Shown in pieces: positions 52,701 through 60,447 of a DNA stretch of 64,000 nucleotides. The first letter of the stretch is position 1. Each line of letters begins with the position of its first letter. Location of the stretch: the NCBI GenBank assembly GCA_040954595.2, contig CM082576.2, positions 10,481,129 through 10,545,128 on the forward strand, given 5' to 3'. The position numbers and the translations under genes were made by a program. This DNA comes from Balanoglossus misakiensis (lineage: Eukaryota; Animalia; Hemichordata). Under the pieces are notes generated by a model, which saw nothing but the letters and a program-made list of their open reading frames with translations, was not told where the DNA came from and did no database searches.

Positions 52701-55121
52701 ACTCAAATATATCTACTATATTCTGACTTTTTAAAAATGTGCGACCTCACATCCAATCTTTCCTTATTTCACACAGTATAAATGATGACACACACTGTGT
52801 TACCGACTTATATTATATCCCTGTAAAATTGTGAAAAGGCAACCTTAATATCAGATGGAGTCATATTTAACATAAGTTGTATAGAGCTAAGAAAAATTCA
52901 GATTCATGCAATGTAATGTACAGTTTCATGTTGGTAATTTCAGCCAAGCTTCTATTATATATTGGCCCATGGCCTTTCTTTTGTAAACTTCATCATGTGT
53001 CTGGTTATACGGACTACGATAATTAAATACTACCACAATGTTCTACACATGCAAAATGTTTCCTTAACCTATGACTGACAGCTACGAAGAACGGGCCAAG
53101 TATCTCGACGCCATCATCAAGAATCACAAAGATCCGACAACGTTTGAAGACTTTGCCTCTCACGTCTACGCTCCAGCACACGACAAGATCCAACGATCCA
53201 TGCCAGGTACGTAAGTTGTGTATAACACATACCTACAAAAGCACAAAAGGAGAAACAGAGATACAGATATATGTAGAGAGAGAGAGAGAGACGCACAGAA
53301 AGTGATAGATGAGATTTTACCCCGAAGCTAAATAACTGCAGACCGTCCATAAAAACTCATCATAACATTGATGATGAAACCCAGTGCGTGCATATTCTTA
53401 TATTCTACAAAAACTAATTAAGCAGCTAGTCATTAGAGTGTAAGAGTACAATTATCAATGATTTTTAGCATATTTGCTTGTAATGGTATGGCCCAGAAAA
53501 GCCATAAACATTCAATTAAGAAAATTAGTTTCGACATAAGGTTGCCAGCGCTAATCCGTAATCATAAAAAATGACATTCGTGTAATTGCACACAGCTATT
53601 AAAGAAAATTAACACATTAATAAATGATAGCACAAATGATTTATCATCTCAAAAAAATGCTTCTTTGATTGAGATGTGCAGCTAAATGTGAGTGTGTATA
53701 CTAGTTGGGGCTTTTATATTATCAGTCTGTGTTCATCGCCTATCTGTCTGTCTGTCTGTATATATGTATGTATGTGTGTGTGTGTGTGTACGACATACAT
53801 ACACGACATTTTGAATTTCAAGCAAAAATATGTTCAATGTAGATGTAGGCTTGTTTCACCCCCTACAATTACAAAAAAATATGTTATTGCCATAAATGTA
53901 TATGTGGGTAGTAATTACACCATATTGCCCAGACTATAACTGTCCTGCACATGTTCCACATGTCCCAATGATGGATTCTAGTTGGATATGTTATTACATT
54001 GAAATTGTTTTGCAAGTAATTACAGTATGACAGAAATAGCGAGCTCTTACCAGTAACTGAACAATATTGTTCATTTATCGTTACAAGTGAGATGAAATCA
54101 TTGTCTAATATCTGGCCTTTCTGTCGAAATTATCAGACAGTGCAGAATTGGGTCGAAATACACCTTCGTCAAATTTTTGCTTAAATGGTTTTCACTCCCA
54201 AAGGGTAGGGCGGGGTATGGCCTGAGCTAATGGAACCTTTTCGCATTGACATGACGGATACCTTATTCATGGCAACAGGAGATTGTACTATGACAGTATT
54301 ACGTATTCATGTCTTTGTCAGTAAAATTGATACTTTCATAGAAACCTTTGATAGAAACATTATCATCACAGAACCTTTTTCAGGCATTCCTTGACTGATG
54401 ACTTCTTACTACTAAAAGTCCTGGTTAAAAAAAGTTTAAAAAACCCACATCAATTTATGCACCTGTTGACATTGACATGTCAGTACCAGAGTCGACATTT
54501 ATTTTTCAGTTTCTTTCTCCTGCAGCCAAAAATTACTTTGGTGAGGTTTCATCCGTGGCCAGTGCCTCCAGCACTTCAACGACCGGTACGGTCGAACACA
54601 CGGGCTCTGTCTCCAGTCTCCGCTCCACAGCAAGCAGCCAAGCCACTGTCATGAGCACCAGCAGAGCCGCCAAAGGTAACCTGTCCAATCCAGTCGCTCG
54701 TGTCATGGTCATTGCATCTTCCTGTCCAATCCAGTCGCTCGTGTCATGGTCATTGCATCTTCCTGTCCAATCCAATTGCTGCTCTAATTATCTATATGCT
54801 AACACCGAAAAATGTACTGCCATCAGTTTGAAAATCAAATTTTGGGCACTACAGTAAAAATTGGACGTATGCAGAGACAACCATTTATCACCAATTTTAT
54901 GCTTCATCAGTGATGTGTTTATTCCATCAAATTTTTCAGAGGATCGTCTCTCCGGAGAGTACGCCAGCGGAGACGACGCGCACTCTGCCTCGTCGTCGAA
55001 GTCGTCCAGCAGCAAGGGGAAACTGGTAAACAAGGCCCGACAGCCTGCCAACAGCCCCGTGGTGGACAGCACTCCCCCGGACAGCCCTGGCACAAGCATG
55101 AAAGGAAAGAGAGCCTCGTAG
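1..55121 (+). CDS. RALGAPA1: Ral GTPase-activating protein subunit alpha (RalGAP-alpha), 5'-partial, 34 exons: join(1..66,315..461,849..1094,1467..1540,1867..1978,2311..2433,2653..3034,4442..4621,4830..4931,5065..5379,5740..5978,6194..6292,6515..6670,6960..7088,7518..7643,7949..8116,10587..10697,11022..11090,11643..11774,12166..12355,12500..12576,12782..12985,13192..13339,13756..13916,14466..14647,14885..14992,15439..15510,15800..15923,16664..16816,18409..18567,19462..19589,53082..53206,54526..54675,54940..55121)
   Basis: Hand-spliced exons all have GT-AG boundaries and matching phases, giving one open frame of 5,139 nt. Peptides resemble vertebrate RALGAPA1/2: [107 protein letters not shown]. 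The symbol stands for a single co-orthologue of RALGAPA1/2. Confidence 0.95.
315..461 (+). CDS. RALGAPA1: RalGAP-alpha exon 2
   Basis: ttttttccag|[11 protein letters not shown]...GNQ|gtgagt; phase 0-0. Confidence 0.9.
849..1094 (+). CDS. RALGAPA1: RalGAP-alpha exon 3
   Basis: ttccacag|TEMG...[25 protein letters not shown]...DDQ|gtgggt. Confidence 0.88.
1467..1540 (+). CDS. RALGAPA1: RalGAP-alpha exon 4
   Basis: cctacag|[24 protein letters not shown](W)|gtgagt. Confidence 0.92.
1867..1978 (+). CDS. RALGAPA1: RalGAP-alpha exon 5
   Basis: ctgcag|[15 protein letters not shown]...VLFQ|gtaaac. Confidence 0.92.
2311..2433 (+). CDS. RALGAPA1: RalGAP-alpha exon 6
   Basis: taacag|[41 protein letters not shown]|gtgagt. 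Confidence 0.93.
2653..3034 (+). CDS. RALGAPA1: RalGAP-alpha exon 7
   Basis: gatcag|[33 protein letters not shown]...RQRSATT...HKST|gtaggt. Confidence 0.93.
4442..4621 (+). CDS. RALGAPA1: RalGAP-alpha exon 8 (disordered region, phase 1-1)
   Basis: gtacag|(G)EAPFP...RQQSLS...TKSSSTGDL...LK|gtgaga; open frame, 180 nt. Confidence 0.8.
4830..4931 (+). CDS. RALGAPA1: RalGAP-alpha exon 9 (phase 1-1)
   Basis: tctcag|(G)[15 protein letters not shown]...VVN|gtgagt; 102 nt. Confidence 0.75.
5065..5379 (+). CDS. RALGAPA1: RalGAP-alpha exon 10 (phase 1-1)
   Basis: ctctacag|(V)PVFPQITDD...SRSPSP...ADEI|gtaagc; 315 nt, GC-rich coding composition. Confidence 0.85.
5504..5587. mobile_element. Degenerate second copy of the piggyBac-like MITE at 15140-15225
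   Basis: CCCTTTCACCACCATGGTTTGATCCAAACCCATTGTTTTC...GGACCTCTAAA aligns with the 15140 copy; right TIR decayed. Confidence 0.6.
5740..5978 (+). CDS. RALGAPA1: RalGAP-alpha exon 11
   Basis: ccgtag|...[37 protein letters not shown]...SK|gtatgt. Confidence 0.92.
6194..6292 (+). CDS. RALGAPA1: RalGAP-alpha exon 12
   Basis: tgccag|[33 protein letters not shown]|gtcagt. Confidence 0.93.
6515..6670 (+). CDS. RALGAPA1: RalGAP-alpha exon 13
   Basis: ctgcag|[20 protein letters not shown]...HHGLVGTDQ|gtgagg. Confidence 0.93.
6960..7088 (+). CDS. RALGAPA1: RalGAP-alpha exon 14
   Basis: ttccag|[20 protein letters not shown]...ELD|gtgagt. Confidence 0.92.
7518..7643 (+). CDS. RALGAPA1: RalGAP-alpha exon 15
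   Basis: cttcag|[18 protein letters not shown]...DLK|gtgagc. Confidence 0.93.
7949..8116 (+). CDS. RALGAPA1: RalGAP-alpha exon 16
   Basis: caacag|[30 protein letters not shown]...ATIK|gtagac. Confidence 0.93.
10587..10697 (+). CDS. RALGAPA1: RalGAP-alpha exon 17
   Basis: ttgtag|[17 protein letters not shown]...PKKIIE|gtaagt. Confidence 0.92.
11022..11090 (+). CDS. RALGAPA1: RalGAP-alpha exon 18
   Basis: ccccag|[23 protein letters not shown]|gtaagc. Confidence 0.9.
11301..11507. mobile_element. TA-flanked MITE (non-autonomous DNA transposon) with internal TCGCGAAA repeats
   Basis: TA|CTGTAAAACGCTTTATTTTCGCGAG...CTCGCGAAAATAAAGTATTTTACAG|TA; 25-nt TIRs with 2 mismatches. Confidence 0.85.
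11643..11774 (+). CDS. RALGAPA1: RalGAP-alpha exon 19
   Basis: ccatag|[17 protein letters not shown]...TVFR|gtgaga. Confidence 0.92.
11997..12132. mobile_element. Tc1/mariner-pogo-type MITE
   Basis: TA|CAGTCAAACCTGT...ACAAGTTTGACTG|TA; CAGT/ACTG termini and TA target-site duplication. Confidence 0.8.
12166..12355 (+). CDS. RALGAPA1: RalGAP-alpha exon 20
   Basis: gtttag|VLQAAAQG...[10 protein letters not shown]...FYE|gtaagt. Confidence 0.88.
12500..12576 (+). CDS. RALGAPA1: RalGAP-alpha exon 21
   Basis: ttgcag|(D)[25 protein letters not shown]|gtgagt. Confidence 0.88.
12782..12985 (+). CDS. RALGAPA1: RalGAP-alpha exon 22
   Basis: tcccag|[14 protein letters not shown]...PNVQFFV...IPAE|gtgagt. 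Confidence 0.93.
13128..13190. repeat. Imperfect (GATT)n/(ATTT)n microsatellite running into the exon 23 acceptor
   Basis: ttgattggttggtttgattattgattgattgattttgattgattgattgatttatttatttcag. Confidence 0.8.
13192..13339 (+). CDS. RALGAPA1: RalGAP-alpha exon 23
   Basis: tttcag|[40 protein letters not shown]...|gtcagt. Confidence 0.93.
13756..13916 (+). CDS. RALGAPA1: RalGAP-alpha exon 24
   Basis: ctccag|(D)LLGG...[16 protein letters not shown]|gtgagg. Confidence 0.88.
14031..14173. mobile_element. Palindromic element, probable Penelope-like terminal remnant
   Basis: Inverted arms TATAAACTAAGGTTTGCTAGCA / TGCTATCAAACCTTAGTCTATA (2 mismatches) and GAGCATAAGC / GCTTATGCTC enclose CTGAAGAAGGAGA-loop-TCTCTGAAG. 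The palindrome is seen directly; the family is inferred. Confidence 0.5.
14466..14647 (+). CDS. RALGAPA1: RalGAP-alpha exon 25
   Basis: tctcag|[24 protein letters not shown]...DT(G)|gtgagt. Confidence 0.92.
14885..14992 (+). CDS. RALGAPA1: RalGAP-alpha exon 26
   Basis: tttcag|MVSKP...[19 protein letters not shown](R)|gtaaaa. Confidence 0.92.
15140..15225. mobile_element. piggyBac-like MITE, 86 bp
   Basis: TTAA|CCCTTTCACCACCATT...AATGGTGGTGAAAGGG|TTAA; perfect 16-nt TIRs and TTAA target-site duplication. Confidence 0.88.
15439..15510 (+). CDS. RALGAPA1: RalGAP-alpha exon 27
   Basis: ctgcag|[23 protein letters not shown](C)|gtgagt. Confidence 0.93.
15800..15923 (+). CDS. RALGAPA1: RalGAP-alpha exon 28 (RapGAP domain)
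   Basis: tttcag|[41 protein letters not shown]|gtaggc. Confidence 0.95.
16664..16816 (+). CDS. RALGAPA1: RalGAP-alpha exon 29 (RapGAP domain)
   Basis: gtacag|[20 protein letters not shown]...[11 protein letters not shown]...TKK|gtaggc. Confidence 0.95.
18409..18567 (+). CDS. RALGAPA1: RalGAP-alpha exon 30 (catalytic Asn-thumb)
   Basis: ccacag|[38 protein letters not shown]...KPE|gtataa. Confidence 0.96.
18621..18911. mobile_element. Degenerate DNA-transposon-like repeat with CAGGGTT/AACCCTG ends; related fragment at about 35650-35750
   Basis: Short TIRs and internal CCTGGAAAGT repeats. The 35650 fragment begins CAGGGTTTCCACACTCCTGGGAAG...GAATTTGAAAC. No target-site duplication found. Confidence 0.45.
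19462..19589 (+). CDS. RALGAPA1: RalGAP-alpha exon 31 (ends at U12 donor)
   Basis: caacag|[31 protein letters not shown]...MYQR(F)|GTATCCTTT; phase 2. Confidence 0.94.
24484..24900 (-). mobile_element. Degraded 3' end of a CR1/L2-clade LINE
   Basis: The minus strand ends GGACCATGAGTCCGAAATAAAG followed by an (AAT)n tail. Upstream minus-strand translation [18 protein letters not shown]...SFSLDKPFK loosely resembles the post-RT C-terminus of CR1/L2 ORF2. Confidence 0.5.
27350..27449. mobile_element. Short MITE related to the 11301-11507 family
   Basis: CTGTAAAACGGGAATTTTCGTGA...TCGCGAAAATTTCCCATTTTACAG|TA inverted termini. Confidence 0.7.
43722..43777. repeat. (TG)28 microsatellite
   Basis: Uninterrupted TG run. 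Confidence 0.95.
53082..53206 (+). CDS. RALGAPA1: RalGAP-alpha exon 32
   Basis: (F)[31 protein letters not shown]...MP|gtacgt; resembles the vertebrate C-terminal FYEERARYL...PTTFEDFA segment. Confidence 0.94.
54526..54675 (+). CDS. RALGAPA1: RalGAP-alpha exon 33 (Ser/Thr-rich, phase 1-1)
   Basis: tttctcctgcag|(A)[19 protein letters not shown]...RAAK|gtaacc; 150 nt, in frame. Confidence 0.75.
54680..54774 (+). repeat. 41-bp tandem duplication (2 exact copies plus a 13-nt partial)
   Basis: CCTGTCCAATCCAGTCGCTCGTGTCATGGTCATTGCATCTT x2, then CCTGTCCAATCCA. Confidence 0.95.
54940..55121 (+). CDS. RALGAPA1: RalGAP-alpha terminal coding exon 34
   Basis: atttttcag|(E)[23 protein letters not shown]...GKRAS*; phase matches; GC-rich coding composition; TAG 55119-55121. 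Confidence 0.78.
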
Positions 55122-57735
55122 ATCCTCTCATAGTTTCTAACTACATGACTTGGTTGAACTCCAGTACGTGACTGGAGATGCCAATTGGTCCCCTCTGACA
55201 TAGATGGGTTGAGGTATTCAGGGATGGTACTTACTTTTAGGTTCGCCGGTTTATAGGTTTCACCTGAAACATCCTGGAATGTTCCAGTGTCCGGCACATC
55301 TACCGAGTTTCACCACGAGTTTTTACTTCCAAGCGCATTGGACCCAGGCACCGAAATTAGAGTGGGGAGAGTTCCCCAGGAAGGCAGAATCACAAGGATG
55401 AAGTTTTGAAAAATAAACGAAAACCAACAGCTATTCCCTACATACTCTAAAAAAGTAGAAAAATATTAGTGTCTGTGATAATGAGTACATGATAAAAACA
55501 GTCTGTGATAATGAGTACATGATAAAAACATAGACTGGTTTTCATCCATTATATTTGTTGTGCTCAAAGACACTTGAAACATGAAGGGAAACAGTCAAGT
55601 GCCAGGCATTGACCTCTTTGTGATTTCAATGATAATCCAAGTACAGTTAGATTATTTAAGATGGTGTCAGATGATAACATATGACATCACACGCATACAT
55701 TACAGCACAGTGCTGCCTTTTGTAATGTGTTTTCTGAAGTCTACGAAGAATTTTTGTCCAGGTTATGATCATACTGATAATAGTAACTGAGTTATATCGA
55801 AGAAGGTTGCTTCAGTTGCTTGTTCCCGTTTGTTTCAATTGTCTTTGGTTGTAGCTGCCATCATCCAATAGAAAGCCTGATTGGACATTTGTGTTTATTT
55901 GCATAAATTTGAATATGCAGGGAGATTGGACAGTTATCTGCACACAACATGCCCCTGAAGTTTTGTGTGCGGTGTAAGCTATCCCCAGCCCCAACAAATT
56001 TGGTCAACCAGGGAGAGAGATACTGTGATCAGTGTAATGACAGAATGCCATGTTTCCAAACACAGTGGAAGGTGTACGTGATACAAAGGAAACTACTGGC
56101 TAGACTGCTATGTTACATGGGACAAGCAGACTGTCCTACTCTGAAATTTGTCTTTCATGGACATGCCATCACTGATTTATTTGATAGAAGAGATTCAAGA
56201 GGCTTCAAAGTGTACTCTACATGAGACTGGCTCAAACTGGTCCAGACCGGTCCTGATTGTTTCAAAGTAACTGTGAAATGCTTCAGTCCAGGAACAGACG
56301 GGAGGCGTAAGTGTTGAATTTGTGAGAAGTTTGGTAAATGCCTGGTGAAATACCCATTGTCAGAAAAGTTGAATTGTACTTGTGTGTGCAAGTGATGAAT
56401 AGCTTCTGAAAAGAAATATCTGAAGTGTGTGCCTGGAGTTTGGACAATGCCTGCTGAACACCCAATTAATTTACTTGCTGCAGGAAAGGAGTATTTCCTC
56501 ATGCCATATACTTGAACAGACGGGCATCTTCCAAATAGGAGATGAAGTCAGTCCTCTCTCAAATATGTTAATTTCAGAGATCAGGTGACCTGTCGACAGC
56601 GAATCACAAGACAGGAGAACACAGTCATTTGCATGACATCTGCATATCCAGGCAATACAATAGCATATCAGGGTTTAGTACAGACCCAAGGCAGAGTGGC
56701 AGGCAGGGGGGGGGGGGGGGGGGGACAAGGTTCTTTAGAGCAATTGAATTTTCAAGATGTGTTAAAACTTAGCTTGTCTTGCAAGAGAATGTGGAACCTT
56801 TTGACTAGTGTCTGTCCGTCTTCAATAGTTAATGTGAATTGTAAACAATCATAATTCTGTTTCATTCCAGCACGGTTACTAGAAGAAGTAACCGTGATTC
56901 CAGCTTGTCCCCCACATAGAATCCAACCAGCATTGCATGTTGTCATTGTCACATTGTCAATGATATCAGCAAATGCGCGCATTAAAATCCTTCAGTATCA
57001 CCTCATCTGTTACAAAGACATGGATATTAATAGTGTGGATAAATCTGTAGATTCGTGTGGGGAGAGGCTGCCTGGTGCCACACTCTAGGAAAATAGCCAA
57101 TATAGTGTCAGGGTGGGTGGGTGGGGGGGGGGGGGGGACAGAAAGTGTTTCCTAGTGTGCAAGAGTTCTTTCTGGTTTTAACTCTATTGCATTCTTTACA
57201 TAACAGTTATGTACATATTATTATTACTGAAAATGTACTTTGATAATGTTGCTGCTGTGTTCATAATAATATTTCAGAATATCTGGAAGAGGTCGGAAGT
57301 TGTAGTTTTTTCGCCTGTCATAAAATTTGGATTCTTTCTTGCTTCCCTTTCTTTCCAGGAAAGTCTGGAAATTCAGAGCTGTAAAAAGAATTTGCAATGA
57401 GAAAGGATTAAAGTGAAATATTTGCTGAAAACAAACTTGTTCAAGGTCAAGGGCGTGCTCTCAAGTCGGTCAGCCTTGCATAAGGAGGAGGCCAAGTTCT
57501 GTGCGGCCGCTGAACCATGATACCGTGAAATCCGATAAAGTATGTTTTTTTATATCCCACTAACAATCATTTCTCTGTTGTACTGTTTTACATGGAGAAA
57601 TAATTGGATGTCGAGCTAGCACCATGCATCTCGCCTCCTCCCATGCACCATGCAACAGTCTTCTGTCAACCTGTCAGAGGTGGGGTTTCAAATCAAACAT
57701 TTCTTTATGTGAATAAATAACGAAAGTACTTGCCG
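55122..57735 (+). other. Putative 3' UTR; candidate polyadenylation signal AATAAA at 57712-57717 (proximal AATAAA near 55412)
   Basis: Non-coding, CpG-poor sequence after the stop codon. The distal AATAAA coincides with an abrupt switch to CpG-rich sequence. The end point is inferred. Confidence 0.4.
55471..55530 (+). repeat. 30-bp exact tandem duplication in the 3' UTR
   Basis: GTCTGTGATAATGAGTACATGATAAAAACA x2. Confidence 0.95.
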
Positions 57736-59631
57736 CAGTGGCTGTAAATGACACGACTAAGTACGTAGGGTAACCAGTGCTCGAATTTGACCTGTCCGTT
57801 ACATTTGTGGGCATAGATAATAAGGCTACCCTTTGCGAAAAAAGGACAATCGTTATCAGTCCAAAGCTCTACCATGCAGATATTTGCCGAAAAGGGTGGT
57901 TTGAGGAGCATACTAGATCTACGAGAAGCGGGTTAGGCCTACCATATTTGCTTTTGTAAATCCACCAGACCGTGCATCGTTCAATCGCTTGGGAGGGAAA
58001 TCTTCATGTCAACAAAGGGATAACAGTCTAGTATTATCCATCCGGTTTACGGTACTTTCGTTTGTGCGTATTTTCGAGTAAATTCCCCGAAAGACTAGAA
58101 ATCTGTCATAATAAAATTGTTTTGTCTTTTTACATTAAATTGAGTTGGAACAAATAGTACATGTACAGACATTCGGGAACATGACTTGGTCTGCATGTAG
58201 GAATTGCACATGCTGGCGGGGGTCGTTAATGGATAATCTCAAAAATACTCGTAAGCGGGGTTCCCGTAAGTTGCCGTTTATTGGAGAGTACATACATGTA
58301 CATTGAATGAGTAGACTTGGATGGATTAGCGGTGGTACTTGTGACGGTACATGGGAATTTAAAATAAATCAGGCTTCGCGTCCGATTCCAACGAACAGAT
58401 GGTGAAGTGTGCTTGATTGGGGCGAATTCCGCCGTGAGTAGCACCGGGCTTTATGCCAGTCTGTTTGGAGACCAGTCAATCAAGGTGCTGACAGGCCAAA
58501 ATTCTGACATTTTCTCATACGCCTCAAGACCATGGTTGCTACACTTTGCAAGAAGAGAAAATTTGAAGATTGTGTTTGTAGAACAGCAGTTCTTTAAACA
58601 GAAAATATGGTGTTATATGGTTGTAAAATCATTGCGTCGTGCGCAATTTTCTGTAGTCATAGTCAAATAGGTGATTTACTTCCAACTTTTGATCACTACA
58701 CGGTTAACGTTGCGACAGGTTTTCAGTAAAGACGCGTAACCGTGGCTGTTTTGTGGTGACTAACACTTGGGACGGTACAAGATTTCAGAGACAGACATTT
58801 TTAGAAGGTGCGCTGCAATCATGTTTACAGGTGCCATTTTGATCGATAAAAAATCAATGGTTTTGAAGGAAATCACCAGAGCAGCGAGTGAGCGTGGCAA
58901 TATGATAGTGCGACTTTCGGCTGAATGAGGAAAACGTTTATTGACCGAGGATGATCGCCAGCGTATGTGGCTTTTCCGTGCGAATGCAACAGGTGGTTGC
59001 AATGTGATTTGGTCTTCGACATGGAGACCGGGCGTCATGAAATCTGACACCCCCCCCCCTCCTCTAGCAATTCAACACCGTGCACTTTAAATTCAAAATA
59101 CGGCAAGGTTGCTTCGGACTAGTTACTGATGAGCAGGCCTCCGAAACATAAGTCATCGCCATATCTGGAGCCCCGCTTCGAGAAATCGTTACACGATGAA
59201 TATCGCCTAATTTTCGCAGTCATCCGTTCGTTCTTAGATGACGCGGAAAAGGGTTGTTTGGAAAACTGCGGAACACGATGGAAGGTCGGTTACCATACTC
59301 CGGTGACGTCGACACAAAATCGATAGCATGTGCTCGTCACGGCGTAAACCCACCAAATAAAACCTGGTTTAATAGTTTTTTATATTATTAACTCAATTGG
59401 CACAGGTTAATATCAACTTACAGTTTACTATTCTAAACAAACCCTCTTCTCTTGATTCGATCTTGAATGATTGCCGAACGGGAATACTGCCCGTGGGTAA
59501 TAACTGACGGTAAACGTTGGCGATGACGGCTGTAATTCATTTTACAGCCACCCACCCGAATACAGACAGTATACTTGATTAAATATGTTTCTTAAGACAA
59601 TGGGAAGAGGACTGGGTGCGGGGAAGCCGGA

Positions 59632-59641
59632 ATGATGATGC

Positions 59642-59687
<46 letters not shown>
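59632..59687. repeat. (GAT)n microsatellite
   Basis: Near-perfect GAT run followed by TTATTT; may be a retroelement tail on the minus strand. Confidence 0.9.
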
Positions 59688-59689
<2 letters not shown>

Positions 59690-60394
59690 ATTTAGCATGC
59701 AATGATGGGATCTGATGCAGACTGTCGCACTTGGTGTTCTAAACTTGGTTTTAAAAGCTATCACCCCAGCAACCTTATTTTCGGCTACGAGTAGAACTCT
59801 GTGATTTGGCTTTGGCGCATTGTTTTCCGAGCTTTCAACAATGTAAACACGTATACTGCGTGTGGACAAACGAGTGTTTACGGTTGAAAAGGACGTTCGG
59901 TGACTGTTTGGTTTTGCGGCCTGTTATACAGTCAAACTCCAGGCCGCGACAATGCTCGACAAAGTTTGTCGGAGTCATCAGTCATTCCACGTGTCATAAA
60001 AGCTGTATAACTTTAGTAATAACAATAGAGATTGGTCGTGAATTAGAATAATTACGCGGCTTTAAAACTGCACACCTTGGTTTATTTTTCCGTGATGCAT
60101 GATTTTTGGTAATGGCGCAACTACAATCAGGGAACAAGTCTCTGCAGGACTTGAAACTATTATCAGCATGTATGTAAGCCATCAGTCAATTCCCCAGGTG
60201 TATCGTCCCTGTCGAACCTGTGCCGCTCTATACGGCAACAAGGGTCCGCGAACTGATTTCACCCGTGAGAGTGTTTCGCGGTAATCTGGAGTGTCTTCCG
60301 GCGCCCTCAGGGAAGAAATCACTCCACGCTGATCACTCCTTCTCGGCAAACAGATTTGGAAGGGACTGGTCATAACGAATGAATGCGCGCCGTT

Positions 60395-60447
60395 TGATTC
60401 ATTGATTGATTGATCGATTGATCGACCGCTCGGTCGGTCGATCGATC
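60395..60447. repeat. Compound (GATT)/(GATC)/(GGTC) tetranucleotide repeat
   Basis: tgattcattgattgattgatcgattgatcgaccgctcggtcggtcgatcgatc. Confidence 0.75.

Larger units (their letters stand above)
19590..53081 (+). other. U12-type (minor spliceosome) GT-AG intron, 33,492 nt
   Basis: 5'ss GTATCCTTTC (19590-19599) fits the U12 consensus RTATCCTTT. Branch site TTCCTTAAC (53060-53068) lies 13 nt before the end of CAG (53079-53081), with no polypyrimidine tract. Splicing gives TT|C = Phe and restores [12 protein letters not shown]. Confidence 0.93.

Noticed and set aside
19800-53000. Many 60-160 aa ORFs inside the giant intron as a possible nested gene
   Set aside because: Low-complexity or random-looking translations on both strands, no recognisable domain, and no chain of phase-compatible exons.
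54680-55530. Tandem repeats as a CRISPR-like array
   Set aside because: Eukaryotic context; direct duplications with no unique spacers.
59126-59154. Hammerhead-like CTGATGA...GAAAC-ATAA-GTC
   Set aside because: Stem II pairs poorly and stem I cannot form, because the flanks are not complementary.
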